NCBI GenBank assembly: GCA_918272565.1 | Contig: CAKJYW010000001.1 | Span: forward strand, 6,353-70,352 | DNA from: Bacilli bacterium | GTDB taxonomy: Bacteria; Bacillota_I; Bacilli_A; ML615J-28; CAG-698 | DNA length: 64,000 nucleotides | Reading direction: 5' to 3' | In this document: piece after piece, positions 19,243 through 29,360 of the stretch | How positions within the stretch are numbered: the first letter of the stretch is position 1 | Layout: each line of letters starts with the position of its first letter | Notes under the pieces: model-generated | The model's database searches: none | Seen by the model: the letters and a program-made list of their open reading frames with translations, nothing else | Told to the model about the DNA's origin: nothing | Made by a program: the position numbers and the translations under genes

Positions 19243-20072
19243 TATCTATTAGATTTGGCTTGAGAACGAGTCTCAACTTCATCTTTAAATGCAAATGTTA
19301 CTTGGAAGTTTACAACACGATTTGCTTCGTTTAAAAGCTTAAATGTATAGTTCTTCTTTTGAGTTTTTTCTGTAATTAAAGTGTAATCGATTGATTTTTT
19401 TTCTTCATCGTTTTCATCTAAGAATACGTTGTATTCTTCAATTAAGATGTAGCTACAATCTTTACTTGCTCTATATTCACTAACGTCTGTTGTAAGTTCA
19501 GTTTCAAGAATTATTTCGTTATTTTCATTGAATTCTTTAACTAAAATGCTCTGAGGTGTAGCTATTTTAATGAAATTAATCTTGTATGTAAATACATAAT
19601 TAAGGTCATTTTTAACAGCTTCACTAGCAAATGTTAGAGTTTGTGTGTCTCCAACTTCGCTTGATAAATTGACATCAGCTTTATATTGAACTAGATAAGA
19701 TCCATCTTCAAGCATATAAATCTCATATAAGAACAATTTATAATTAACGTTTTGAGATTGATAATAGTTTGCTGTAATGAAGAGGCAGACACTGTTTAAG
19801 GTGATCATGTCACCTTGAAGTTTTGATGTATCTGTCTTTGTATCAAACAAAGAGTCACCTTTAACTGATACAAATGAATAATCATCTGAAGCGTAGATTC
19901 CATTAATCTCTATATCGTTAAGTTTATCAAATTTTTGACTTTCTCCTATCGTGTTACTTTTCTCATAGATTGTGAATCCGATTAACTGTTTTTCGCTATT
20001 CTTCTTTTTCCCACAACCCACTAAAGTAAAGCAAACCACAAGGATTAAAAGTAATATAAACTTTTTATTCAT
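19242..20072 (-). CDS. Hypothetical lipoprotein
   Basis: Signal peptide MNKKFILLLILVVCFTLVGC with lipobox LVGC. SD AAAGGTGA supports the start at 20072 (track start 20111 is an over-extension). No catalytic motif. Confidence 0.55.
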   Translation of the reverse strand: MNKKFILLLILVVCFTLVGCGKKKNSEKQLIGFTIYEKSNTIGESQKFDKLNDIEINGIYASDDYSFVSVKGDSLFDTKTDTSKLQGDMITLNSVCLFITANYYQSQNVNYKLFLYEIYMLEDGSYLVQYKADVNLSSEVGDTQTLTFASEAVKNDLNYVFTYKINFIKIATPQSILVKEFNENNEIILETELTTDVSEYRASKDCSYILIEEYNVFLDENDEEKKSIDYTLITEKTQKKNYTFKLLNEANRVVNFQVTFAFKDEVETRSQAKSNR

Positions 20073-20142
20073 AACATCACCTTTAAAATGGTTGTATTTA
20101 TTATACCACATTTATTAAGTAAATGGCAAGTTTTATAATCTT

Positions 20143-20200
20143 TAACCCTTATAAACCCTTATAGGAGAAGATTATCTTTTTTAGATGGGTAATTACTAAT
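20143..20200 (+). repeat. Repeat family copy G (taacccttataaacccttatagGAGAAGATTATCTTTTTTAGATGGGTAATTACTAAT)
   Basis: Near-identical to copy A over the core. It has an internal acccttata duplication and no ATG. Confidence 0.55.
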
Positions 20201-20232
20201 ATAAAACTCTCAGAAATGAGTTTTCTGAGAGT

Positions 20233-20649
20233 CTATTCACCAATTATTTTAATTAATACGCGTTTAGGGCGCATTCCATCGAATTCTCCATAGAATATTT
20301 GTTCCCATGGTCCGAAGTCTAGCCTTCCATTAGTCACCGCCACAACAACTTCTCTTCCCATGATTTGACGCTTGATGTGAGCATCTCCGTTATCTTCAAA
20401 GCCATTATGTTCATATGCTGAATAAGGCTTTTCAGGAGCAAGGCGTTCTAGGAATCTTTCAAAATCATGATGAAGACCAGCCTCATCATCATTAATGAAT
20501 ACTGAAGCTGTGATGTGCATCGCATTACATAATAATAAACCTTCTTTAATATTGCTTTCCTTTAAAGCTTCATTAACGTAAGGTGTGATATTAATAAAAG
20601 CGCGACGGCTAGGTACATTAAATGTCAATTCTTTTTTATAGCTTTTCAT
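20233..20649 (-). CDS. yjbQ: YjbQ/UPF0047 family protein (secondary thiamine-phosphate synthase-like)
   Basis: Length and motifs ([49 protein letters not shown]) fit the YjbQ family. Confidence 0.7.
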   Translation of the reverse strand: MKSYKKELTFNVPSRRAFINITPYVNEALKESNIKEGLLLCNAMHITASVFINDDEAGLHHDFERFLERLAPEKPYSAYEHNGFEDNGDAHIKRQIMGREVVVAVTNGRLDFGPWEQIFYGEFDGMRPKRVLIKIIGE

Positions 20650-21566
20650 TATAGATGTTTATTTAACCAATTTAAGCAATCATTAAATGTTTGTTCGTGA
20701 TCAAGCTCTAAAAGTATTTCATGACGAGCATCTTTGTATAAAGTCAAGCTTATATCATTGATTCCGATTTTCTTTAATTTCTTATAAAGGTTCTTAACTT
20801 GTTTAGAGTATCCTCCAACTGGGTCCATTTCTCCACTTATTAAAAGAATTGGGAAATCTTTAGGAATTAAGTCGAAACTATCTTGGATATCTTTCATACA
20901 TCCAAAGAAATCATAGAAGAAACTAACAGTAAAGATTCCTCCACAGTATGGATCAGCAATATATTTATCTACTTCTTCTTGGTTACGGTTTAGCCAATCG
21001 TATTCTGTGCGCTTTTCAAATTTATTGTTATATGAACCAAAAGCCATGTTATTAATGAAATTACTCTTATGACGACGTCCTTTAGAGTTCATAATCATTT
21101 TAGCAAAGAATCTACCTAAACCTAAGATTCCTTTTGGACTCATTCCTGTTCCACAAACGATTGCTCCATCTAATTTGTTTGGATGTAGTTCAATGTATCT
21201 TTGAGTTAAGAATGATCCCATAGAATGACCAAAGATAAATACTTTCTTATCAGGGTTTTCGTCTTTAGCTTTGTCTATAACTTTATCTAAGTCTTCTAAC
21301 ATCGCTTTAAAGTTATCTTCATCGCTCATATAACCATAATCTAAATCAGAAAGGATTGATCCTTTGTGACCTCTGTGGTTATGACCGTAGACTTTAAAGC
21401 CTTGACTAACTAAAAATGTGGCAAATGGTTCGTAACGCTCGATGTGTTCAGCCATTCCATGGCTTAAAACGACGATTGCTTTAGGATCGTCTAATTCCCA
21501 AATTAAGCCAGTTACCAAAGCGTTTTCGCTACATGATAATTTGAATTCTTGTTTTTTAAGCTCCAT
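20649..21566 (-). CDS. Alpha/beta hydrolase (lysophospholipase / monoacylglycerol lipase-like)
   Basis: HG oxyanion-hole motif ([10 protein letters not shown]), nucleophile elbow GHSMGS, and a C-terminal Asp/His (DARHEIL). Confidence 0.75.
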   Translation of the reverse strand: MELKKQEFKLSCSENALVTGLIWELDDPKAIVVLSHGMAEHIERYEPFATFLVSQGFKVYGHNHRGHKGSILSDLDYGYMSDEDNFKAMLEDLDKVIDKAKDENPDKKVFIFGHSMGSFLTQRYIELHPNKLDGAIVCGTGMSPKGILGLGRFFAKMIMNSKGRRHKSNFINNMAFGSYNNKFEKRTEYDWLNRNQEEVDKYIADPYCGGIFTVSFFYDFFGCMKDIQDSFDLIPKDFPILLISGEMDPVGGYSKQVKNLYKKLKKIGINDISLTLYKDARHEILLELDHEQTFNDCLNWLNKHL

Positions 21567-22760
21567 CTATTTAATCTCCTTTAAATCATTTAAGAAACTC
21601 TTACCAATTATAGGTAATTCTACATTAAAGTTATCTGCTACTGTTGCTCCAATATCGCTAAAACTATTTCTTAAGCCTAAGTCAACACCTTTAAGTTTAG
21701 CGTTATAAACTAGTAGAGGAACATGTTCACGAGTGTGGTCAGTACCTGTATGAGTTGGATCATTTCCGTGGTCAGCTGTGATTATTAACAAATCATCACT
21801 ACGCATTCCTTTAATAAATTCAGTCAAATCTTCGTCAAATTCTTCTAAGCATTTAGCGTAGCCCATAGGGTCCCTTCTATGACCATACAAAGCATCAAAA
21901 TCAACTAAATTTACAAAGCACAGGCCCTCGAAATCTTTGCTTTTTTCGATGTCAATTGTGAGCATCATTCCTTCGTGGTTGTTTTTACCTTTATAAGCTT
22001 CAGTAATTCCTTCACCATCGAAGATATCTTTGATTTTACCCACGCTAATGACGCTATAATCGTTTTTCTTGAGATTATCAAGTACTGTTACCCCACAAGG
22101 TTTAACTGCATAATCGTGGCGATTTGGGGTCCTTACGAAGGTTTCTTTAGTGCTACCAACAAATGGACGAGCAATTACTCTACCAACCATCCAATCAGGA
22201 TTTTCTAAAGTCAAATCACGTGCTATTTGGCATGTACGATAGATTTCAGAAAGTGGGAATAACTCTTCGCTTGCGGCAATCTGTAAGACACTATCAGCTG
22301 AAGTATATAAAATCATCTCGCGAGTCGCAAGTTGTCTTTCACCCATCTCTTTGATGATCTCAGTTCCTGAAGCACTAATGTTACCCATAAATTTGTGTCC
22401 AGTTCTTCTTTCTAACTCACTAACTAACTCTTTAGGAAACCCAGTATCTGTAAATGATGGAAAGCGTTTCTTTACTTCTAGGCCCATAATCTCCCAGTGA
22501 CCAGTTAGAGTGTCTTTACCAACACTTAATTCTGCCATTTTACCAAAGGAAGCTAGGGGAGCTTTAGTTGGCGCCGCATTATTTACATCAGTGATATTAC
22601 CAATTCCAAGTTTTTCTAGAGTTGGAATATTAAAATCATCTTTTTTGTATGATAAATGTTTTAAAGTGTTAGTCCCTTTATCTCCATAATTACTAGCATC
22701 AGGTAGTTCACCAACACCAACACTGTCCGCCACAATCACAAATATACGTTTAAATTTCAT
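21567..22760 (-). CDS. deoB: Phosphopentomutase
   Basis: The alkaline-phosphatase-superfamily N-terminus IFVIVADSVGVGELPDA, then DHTREH and ADHGNDPTHTGTDHT, match DeoB. Confidence 0.85.
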   Translation of the reverse strand: MKFKRIFVIVADSVGVGELPDASNYGDKGTNTLKHLSYKKDDFNIPTLEKLGIGNITDVNNAAPTKAPLASFGKMAELSVGKDTLTGHWEIMGLEVKKRFPSFTDTGFPKELVSELERRTGHKFMGNISASGTEIIKEMGERQLATREMILYTSADSVLQIAASEELFPLSEIYRTCQIARDLTLENPDWMVGRVIARPFVGSTKETFVRTPNRHDYAVKPCGVTVLDNLKKNDYSVISVGKIKDIFDGEGITEAYKGKNNHEGMMLTIDIEKSKDFEGLCFVNLVDFDALYGHRRDPMGYAKCLEEFDEDLTEFIKGMRSDDLLIITADHGNDPTHTGTDHTREHVPLLVYNAKLKGVDLGLRNSFSDIGATVADNFNVELPIIGKSFLNDLKEIK

Positions 22761-22810
22761 TTAAATCCTCCGTATTACACAATTATTATATTATAAATCA
22801 TTAAATTTTA

Positions 22811-23728
22811 CTATTTTTCTATCTTTTTACCTGCTCTAGGATGAGCATTAATATATACTTCTTTAAGTCTTTGATTATTGATATGAGTATAGATTTCGGT
22901 TGTGGAAATAGATTCGTGACCTAAAAGCTCTTGGATGAGCCTTAAATCAATTCCACGCTCAAGTAGGTGAGTTGCAAAAGAGTGACGGAGCTTATGTGGC
23001 GAAATCTCTTTTTCTATTCCTGCTAAAGCTGCTTTTTGCCTTATAATATCAAAGAAATTTTGTCTAGTCATGTTTGTTCCGCGTCTAGTTATAAAAACAT
23101 AATCTTTACTTTTAATGTTTTGATAAGCAACTCTACCTGTAGAAATGTATTTATTAAGTAGATCAATTGCTACTTCTCCAACTGGAACAATACGTTCTTT
23201 AGATCCTTTACCAAAGATTTGAATAAAGCCACTTTCTAGATGCAAATCCTTTAATTTCAAATTGACAAGTTCACTAACACGTAATCCACTAGAATAAGCA
23301 AGTTCTATCATCGTTTTATTTCTAAGTTCAATTGGATTATCTTCCGTTAAAACGTTAAGTAAATTTTCAACTTCTTCAATTGATAGGACTTGTGGCAAGT
23401 GTTTTTCTTGCTTAGGATTTTGAATTAGTTTAGCTACATTCTTACTAGCATAGTGCTCTAAAGTCAAAAATTTATGGAAACTCTTTAGGGCTGATAGTTT
23501 TCTTGATTGACTAGATGAAGCTATATTCTTCCTTTTTAATGATTGTAAATAACTTCTAACGTCATCAATTGTTATAAAATCAGGATCAGTAATATTACGA
23601 TATTTCTCTAGAAATTCGATATATTGATCGATATCCATAACATAAGAACTGCATGTGTTTTCTGATAACCCTGCCTCAGTAGTTAGATACATTCTATATT
23701 CACTTGAAAGATGTTCCATACCATTCAT
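22811..23728 (-). CDS. xerD: Tyrosine recombinase XerD (Xer family site-specific recombinase)
   Basis: N-terminal GLSENTCSSYVMDIDQYIEFLE resembles XerD/RipX (GLSDNTLVSYKRDLTQYIQYME). The C-terminal catalytic region HKLRHSFATHLLERGIDLRLIQELLGHESISTTEIYTH carries the R..HxxR..Y signature. A dif candidate lies 4.5 kb away. Confidence 0.75.
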   Translation of the reverse strand: MNGMEHLSSEYRMYLTTEAGLSENTCSSYVMDIDQYIEFLEKYRNITDPDFITIDDVRSYLQSLKRKNIASSSQSRKLSALKSFHKFLTLEHYASKNVAKLIQNPKQEKHLPQVLSIEEVENLLNVLTEDNPIELRNKTMIELAYSSGLRVSELVNLKLKDLHLESGFIQIFGKGSKERIVPVGEVAIDLLNKYISTGRVAYQNIKSKDYVFITRRGTNMTRQNFFDIIRQKAALAGIEKEISPHKLRHSFATHLLERGIDLRLIQELLGHESISTTEIYTHINNQRLKEVYINAHPRAGKKIEK

Positions 23729-23828
23729 AATGCTTACATTTCCTTTATCATATTCATTTTTAACTTTTGAATATTTTTATTTGTTAATCCTACTTCAAAT
23801 AAAACTTTTTCTTTCCCTAGAAACCCTA

Positions 23829-24959
23829 TTACATATAATAAACTAATATCTCATTCATCACAAAAAGGGCACTTCTAGCCACTTTTAGAGAAGATTTATT
23901 AATATTTAGCACACCTTTATCAATTAAATTTCTCGTAAACGGGTATTTCTCCATAAAATCAATATTAAATCTCTCTTTAAATTCATCTAAATCGATTCCA
24001 TCTATCTTTCTTAACCCCATCATGATAAATTCTTTTATCTCATCTTCTTCTTTTAACTCTTCAACTAACGAATAAATTAATTTATTATTATCAATTCCTT
24101 CATAATATAAATTGATATTATTGATGTTAGTTTTTCTTGACTTTGAAATAAACGATGAAGCACTAGCTCCTATTGCACTATAATAATTAAAATCCCAATA
24201 GATTAAATTATGGAGTGAAGCAAAACTATCTAAAGCGAAATTACTTACTTCATATTGTCTAAATCCATTACGTTCTAATAATTTAATAATCTTATAATAG
24301 ATCTTCTTTTCTTTTCCTTCACTTAATTCTTTAAATAAACCTTTTTCTTTTAGTTTATATAGAATAGTTTTCTCTTCTAGAATTAGATTATAACAAGAAA
24401 AATGAGTGACATATTTCTTTAATGTCTTAATATCTTTTTTGATGACATTAAAAGATTCATTATTAAGCCCATAAATTAAATCAACATTGATATTATTAAT
24501 ATTGTTTTCTTTTAATAACTTTAAAGCATTTATTACTTGCTTTTTGTTATGTTTACGGTTTAATAATAAAAGTTTTTTCTTATCTAGGCTTTCTACTCCT
24601 AGGCTTATTCTATTAACTTTATATTTTTTGATTAAGTTTATAAAGTCAATTGTTACATCAGCTGGATTAGCTTCGATAGTGAATTCTTTGATTTTACTAA
24701 AATTGATTTTGTTATGTAGTTCAACAAATAGTTTTTCTAAAATAGAAAGTTTTAATACTGAAGGAGTTCCTCCTCCAATATAAATTGTTTCTAGGTCTTT
24801 AAATTCATCTACCTTTAGTTTTAGTTCTTTTATTAGATAATCGACGTATTTATCTTGAAAAGAGGGGCTAACAACCATCTTATAGAAGTCACAATAAGTA
24901 CAAATCGATGAACAAAAAGGAATGTGGATGTATAAACCTAAGATTTTATTATTTATCAT
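23829..24959 (-). CDS. hemW: Radical SAM family heme chaperone HemW (coproporphyrinogen-III oxidase-like)
   Basis: CxxxCxxC cluster [12 protein letters not shown] and a GGGTPS motif. The C-terminal 25 codons overlap a sequence resembling the repeat family (see findings). Confidence 0.75.
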   Translation of the reverse strand: MINNKILGLYIHIPFCSSICTYCDFYKMVVSPSFQDKYVDYLIKELKLKVDEFKDLETIYIGGGTPSVLKLSILEKLFVELHNKINFSKIKEFTIEANPADVTIDFINLIKKYKVNRISLGVESLDKKKLLLLNRKHNKKQVINALKLLKENNINNINVDLIYGLNNESFNVIKKDIKTLKKYVTHFSCYNLILEEKTILYKLKEKGLFKELSEGKEKKIYYKIIKLLERNGFRQYEVSNFALDSFASLHNLIYWDFNYYSAIGASASSFISKSRKTNINNINLYYEGIDNNKLIYSLVEELKEEDEIKEFIMMGLRKIDGIDLDEFKERFNIDFMEKYPFTRNLIDKGVLNINKSSLKVARSALFVMNEILVYYM

Positions 24960-26772
24960 CGATAGATAATACTGCTAAGAAGGCTGATTGAGGGATAGTG
25001 ACACTACCGACAGCTTTCATTCGTTTCTTTCCTTCTTTTTGTTTTTCTAGTAACTTCTTCTTACGACTGACATCTCCTCCATAACATTTAGCAAGGACGT
25101 TCTTACCAACGCTTTTAATATTAGTTCTCGCTACAATCTTACCGCTTATTGCAGCTTGGATTGGAACTTCAAAAAGTTGACGTGGAATTAATTCTTTCAA
25201 TTTCACCGCAATCGCTAGGCCTCTTCTGTGAGCATCAGCGCGGTAAACGATAGAACTTAAGGCATCTACCCTATCACCATTAATTAAAATATCAAGTCTA
25301 ACTAAATCGCTTCTACCATAGTGAGAAAGTTGATAATCAAACGAAGCATAACCTTTAGTGCTTGATTTTAGTCTATCGAAGAAATCGAAGACGATTTCTG
25401 ATAGAGGAATATCATAAATTAGAGCGACACGGTTAGAATCGATATAAGTCATGTCACTATATGTTCCTCGCTTGTTTTGGCAGATTTCCATTATTGGACC
25501 AACATATTCGTTTGGTGTCATAATCGATGCTTTAACAAATGGTTCTTCGATATATTTGATATATACTGGATCCGGCATCTTTGATGGATTTTCTACAGTT
25601 AGAACTGTTCCATCAGTTAAATATGCTTTATAAACTACGCTTGGAGCAGTAGCTATGATATCAAGGTTAAATTCACGCTCAATTCGCTCTTGAATGATGT
25701 CCATGTGAAGTAGACCCAAGAACCCAACTCTAAAGCCAAAACCTAGTGCTTGGCTATTTTCCGGCTCAAAAACGAGCGATGCATCGTTAAGTTTAAGTTT
25801 ATCTAGGGCATCTTTTAAATCAGTGTATTTAGCATTATCAACAGGGAATATCCCACAATACACCATCGGATTAAGTCGTCTATAACCAGGGAGAGCCTCT
25901 ATCGCCCTGTTTTCATCTAGAGTAATCGTATCACCAACATGAACATATTTGATATCTTTAATTTGTGCTGCGATAAAACCAACATCACCAACTGTTAAAT
26001 AGTCACGTTTTTCTTCGTTAGGAGTGTACACTCCTACTTCAGTAACTTCGAATGTGGCATCAGTTGACATCATATGAATCTTATCACCACGTTTAACCAT
26101 TCCGTCAACTATTCTAATTGAAGGAATAACGCCACGATAAGGGTCAAAATATGAATCAAAAATTAATGCTTTTAGTGGAGCGTTAATATCACCAGAAGGC
26201 GCAGGGATTTTAGAAACGATTTGTTCTAGGATTTCTCCAACTCCTTCACCAGTTTTAGCACTACATAAAACAGTATCTGTTGTATCTAGCCCAATCACAT
26301 TTTCGATTTCTAATTTAACATTATCAGGATCAGCACTAGGTAAATCGATTTTATTAATAACTGGAATTATTTCTAAATCGTTATCCATTGCTAGATACAC
26401 ATTAGCTAAAGTTTGCGCTTCGATTCCTTGAGTTGCATCAACTACTAATATTGCACCCTCACACGCAGCTAGGCTTCTACTTACTTCATAAGTGAAATCC
26501 ACATGCCCTGGTGTATCTATAAGATGGAAAATGAAAGTTTCACCATTTTTTGCTTTATATTTTAATTCTACCGCATTTAATTTAATGGTGATTCCTCTTT
26601 CTCTCTCAATATCCATAGAATCTAGTAACTGATCTTTCATATCATGACTACTAACAGTGTTAGTAAGTTCTAAGATTCTATCAGCTAGAGTACTTTTACC
26701 ATGGTCGATATGAGCGATTATGGAAAAATTCCTAATATGTTTTTGTCTTTCGATTAATTCTTCTTTTGTCAT
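24949..26772 (-). CDS. lepA: Elongation factor 4 (LepA)
   Basis: [28 protein letters not shown] and NKID GTPase motifs, plus the LepA C-terminal domain. SD AGGTG supports the start at 26772 (MTKEEL) over the track's 26835. Confidence 0.9.
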   Translation of the reverse strand: MTKEELIERQKHIRNFSIIAHIDHGKSTLADRILELTNTVSSHDMKDQLLDSMDIERERGITIKLNAVELKYKAKNGETFIFHLIDTPGHVDFTYEVSRSLAACEGAILVVDATQGIEAQTLANVYLAMDNDLEIIPVINKIDLPSADPDNVKLEIENVIGLDTTDTVLCSAKTGEGVGEILEQIVSKIPAPSGDINAPLKALIFDSYFDPYRGVIPSIRIVDGMVKRGDKIHMMSTDATFEVTEVGVYTPNEEKRDYLTVGDVGFIAAQIKDIKYVHVGDTITLDENRAIEALPGYRRLNPMVYCGIFPVDNAKYTDLKDALDKLKLNDASLVFEPENSQALGFGFRVGFLGLLHMDIIQERIEREFNLDIIATAPSVVYKAYLTDGTVLTVENPSKMPDPVYIKYIEEPFVKASIMTPNEYVGPIMEICQNKRGTYSDMTYIDSNRVALIYDIPLSEIVFDFFDRLKSSTKGYASFDYQLSHYGRSDLVRLDILINGDRVDALSSIVYRADAHRRGLAIAVKLKELIPRQLFEVPIQAAISGKIVARTNIKSVGKNVLAKCYGGDVSRKKKLLEKQKEGKKRMKAVGSVTIPQSAFLAVLSIDDK

Positions 26773-26884
26773 AAAGGCACCTATTAATAATTCTACTTTA
26801 CATAATATTTTATAATATTTATTATATTTTTTCAATAATTAAAAATGTCAATTCATGATATAATATTATATGAGGTTATTAAAT

Positions 26885-27457
26885 ATGAAAATAAATTACC
26901 CTAACCCATCAATTAAAACAACAAAAACGAATTCCATTAGAACTTATGGAATGCTTTTTGAAAATGTTTTAAATGAAACAAATGAATATTACAAAAATAA
27001 AGATATCGCCTATATCTATAAAAAGCCTACTCCGATTCAGGTTGTTAAAGTGGACTACCCAGCCAGAAACAAAGCCAAAATCACGGAAGCTTACTACCGC
27101 ACCCCTTCAACAACCGACTATAATGGCATTTATAAAGGAAAATACATTGACTACGAAGCTAAAGAAACAACCGAAACTTCTTTTTCTTTCACTCACATTT
27201 TCCCTCATCAAATTGATCATTTAATTAATGTTAAACGTCACGGAGCAATATCTTTTGTTATAATATACTTTAAAAAATATAACGAAGTAATAATCATCGA
27301 TATCGATGACTTCTATAAACTATACGATGATGGTGTTAACCATGATGGTAGGAAAAGCATTCAATTTGAGAAAGCAAAAGAAATAGGGCGCATTGTTCCT
27401 AAAGGATACACACCACTTCTAGATTATCTAAAAACAGTCGATGAAATGTATTTCTAA
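26885..27457 (+). CDS. recU: Holliday junction resolvase RecU
   Basis: GMLFENVLNETNEYY...PTPIQVVKVDY...TEAYYRTPSTTDYNGIYKGKYIDYEAKET matches RecU. SD GAGGT 8 nt upstream supports ATG 26885 (MKINYPN). Confidence 0.85.
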   Translation: MKINYPNPSIKTTKTNSIRTYGMLFENVLNETNEYYKNKDIAYIYKKPTPIQVVKVDYPARNKAKITEAYYRTPSTTDYNGIYKGKYIDYEAKETTETSFSFTHIFPHQIDHLINVKRHGAISFVIIYFKKYNEVIIIDIDDFYKLYDDGVNHDGRKSIQFEKAKEIGRIVPKGYTPLLDYLKTVDEMYF

Positions 27458-27508
27458 CCCTTATTAGAGAAAATTAATTATTTATAGACGTATAATTATA
27501 AATAAAAA
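27456..27508 (+). repeat. Repeat family copy (aacccttattaGAGAAaATTAATTATttatagacgtataattataaataaaaat), left member of an ~85 bp direct repeat
   Basis: Matches 28672-28714 nearly base for base. The core is shortened by deletion of the hairpin segment between two ATTA motifs. Confidence 0.5.
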
Positions 27509-27509
27509 T

Positions 27510-27550
27510 GCTTAAAAGCAACTTAGAGAAGCTTTTAAGCATTTTTTTAT
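27510..27550 (+). terminator. Rho-independent terminator after recU (GCTTAAAAGC-11 nt loop-GCTTTTAAGC + T-run)
   Basis: Perfect 10-bp stem and T9. Duplicated at 28716-28754. Confidence 0.7.
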
Positions 27551-27553
27551 TCT

Positions 27554-28549
27554 TTATTTTTTCATTTTCTTTATTTCTTTATTAACTTTATTTAGTGTTA
27601 ATGTTTTATAGCCATCATCTATCTTAGAAAAATATGATGAAACAAATTCAGCTTCATATTCATGGTCACCTAAATATTTTATTTTAATTACAGCACAGCC
27701 TATTATATCTCCATCCATTTTAATGATGATATCGATGTAGGCTTTTTTGATGTTTTTATCGTGCATCTCTTCGTATTTAACTAAATCTTCAGTATAAATA
27801 GGGCACCATGATAAAAGGCTGTTAGAATCTACTGAAACTTGATTAGTCTTATTAAAACTATAAAAAGAACCTCTATCAGTGCTGCATTCAAACCTAGCAC
27901 CTTCTAGATTAAAGATGAAAAATATACCAACATAACCTTCATTAATATTAAATGTTTCACCAAACGGAAAATAGACAAGGCTTTTAATCTCTTCTAAAGT
28001 TTTATCTATTTTTGTTTCTTTTGCTTCTTCTATTTTATTTAGGGTATATTCTAGTGAGATATTATCTAAATAATTATCTCCTTCTTTAAATAACTCAACT
28101 GTATGGGTTTCATATTTATATAGACTTTTTTCAATCTGATACATTTCAATTATTAAAAAGCCGATAATATTATCATCCATCCTAATAATTACATCCATGT
28201 ACGTCTTATCTATTTTATTAACATACAGTTCTTGAAAGATATAATCATCTAAAATATAAACAGGAGTCCATACAATATCTTCATTAGAATTAAATATACT
28301 TTTTTTTACTATATTATAACGATCAAATGAGCCATATTCTATTTGGCAATCAAATGTAGCTCCTTCTAAAGTAAAGTGTATAGGGTGTATGCTACTCATC
28401 CCATTATTAAAATAAGGATAAGAATACGAAACGATGTTGTATGGATCAACTATTTCTTCTTCATCATTTTTAATGCTTTCATTGTTACCTTTGCAACTAA
28501 AAAGGATAAAGCAAGAAGCTATTATTAATAATATAATTATTTTTTTCAT
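27554..28549 (-). CDS. Hypothetical lipoprotein with an internal tandem duplication of a ~150-aa domain
   Basis: Lipobox LFSC. The halves DCQIEYGSFDRYNIV...MDVIIRMDDNIIGFLIIEMYQ and ECSTDRGSFYSFNKT...YIDIIIKMDGDIIGCAVIKIKY align. Flanked by ~85 bp direct repeats. Confidence 0.55.
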   Translation of the reverse strand: MKKIIILLIIASCFILFSCKGNNESIKNDEEEIVDPYNIVSYSYPYFNNGMSSIHPIHFTLEGATFDCQIEYGSFDRYNIVKKSIFNSNEDIVWTPVYILDDYIFQELYVNKIDKTYMDVIIRMDDNIIGFLIIEMYQIEKSLYKYETHTVELFKEGDNYLDNISLEYTLNKIEEAKETKIDKTLEEIKSLVYFPFGETFNINEGYVGIFFIFNLEGARFECSTDRGSFYSFNKTNQVSVDSNSLLSWCPIYTEDLVKYEEMHDKNIKKAYIDIIIKMDGDIIGCAVIKIKYLGDHEYEAEFVSSYFSKIDDGYKTLTLNKVNKEIKKMKK

Positions 28550-28671
28550 AATTTCACCACTTTATTAATCAATATTTTCTTAATTAGATTTTATCATTTA
28601 TCGTTTTATATTGTCAAATCTAAAGAATTATAAATAATATTTATTAAAAAAACACATTCAAAACTCGTTTT

Positions 28672-28754
28672 TGAGAAGATTAATTATAAAAAGGCGTATA
28701 ATTATAAATAAAAATGCTTAAAAGCGACTTGGTGAAGCTTTTAAGCGTTTTTTT
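28672..28754 (+). repeat. Right member of the ~85 bp direct repeat (repeat-family remnant TGAGAAGATTAATTAT + terminator hairpin GCTTAAAAGC/GCTTTTAAGC)
   Basis: Compare 27466-27550. The hairpin right arm overlaps the stop codon of the 28741..29256 gene and is T-flanked on both strands, so it likely terminates the minus-strand gene. Confidence 0.6.
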
Positions 28755-29256
28755 CGTTCAAGTATTTCTCATACCAGCCATAGACGCATTCATTATTGAA
28801 TGGGTCTTCTTTTTTCTCTATCATCTCTAGTAAGATCTTTAGATTCTTTTCGATGATGTAGATTACTTCTTTGGAATAATGTAAATCCTTGATATTAAAA
28901 TCATATTCATCTTTATCTAGGATGATTGTTTCTCCATTAGGGAAAAGCTTAACATCTAGATCATAGTCGATATATTTTAGGCCTTCAGAGTCTAAAACAT
29001 ATGGAGAGCTTAGATTACAATAATAATAAATATCTTGGGTTCTAATCATTGAAATGACATTAAACCAATATTTTTTAAAGAAATAACAGATTGCTGGTTC
29101 ACGAGTTTTCCAAATTCTTCCATCCCCATCTATGACATCAACTTTATTGTTAACAATGACAACTAAATCTTGATCTTCATAGATTTTCGCCACGTTCTTC
29201 CAAACCCGATGGAGTTCACCATTGTGTTTGTAACTGATGATATCTAATATTTCCAT
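28741..29256 (-). CDS. DUF402/UPF0374 family protein (YgaC-like, putative nucleoside phosphatase fold)
   Basis: Length 171 aa. N-terminal KHNGELHRVW and overall pattern resemble B. subtilis YgaC; assignment from memory. Confidence 0.45.
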   Translation of the reverse strand: MEILDIISYKHNGELHRVWKNVAKIYEDQDLVVIVNNKVDVIDGDGRIWKTREPAICYFFKKYWFNVISMIRTQDIYYYCNLSSPYVLDSEGLKYIDYDLDVKLFPNGETIILDKDEYDFNIKDLHYSKEVIYIIEKNLKILLEMIEKKEDPFNNECVYGWYEKYLNEKNA

Positions 29257-29310
29257 TGTTATAGATTAATACACTCCTAGTATTATTATAACAAAAAAAA
29301 TAACAAAAAG

Positions 29311-29353
29311 TAATAAAAAATAAAAAAGGTTTAAACAAATATCTGTTTAAACC
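29311..29353 (-). terminator. Rho-independent terminator of the 572-aa lipoprotein gene
   Basis: GGTTTAAACA-aatatc-TGTTTAAACC hairpin with a minus-strand T-run. Confidence 0.55.
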
Positions 29354-29360
29354 GATGTTT

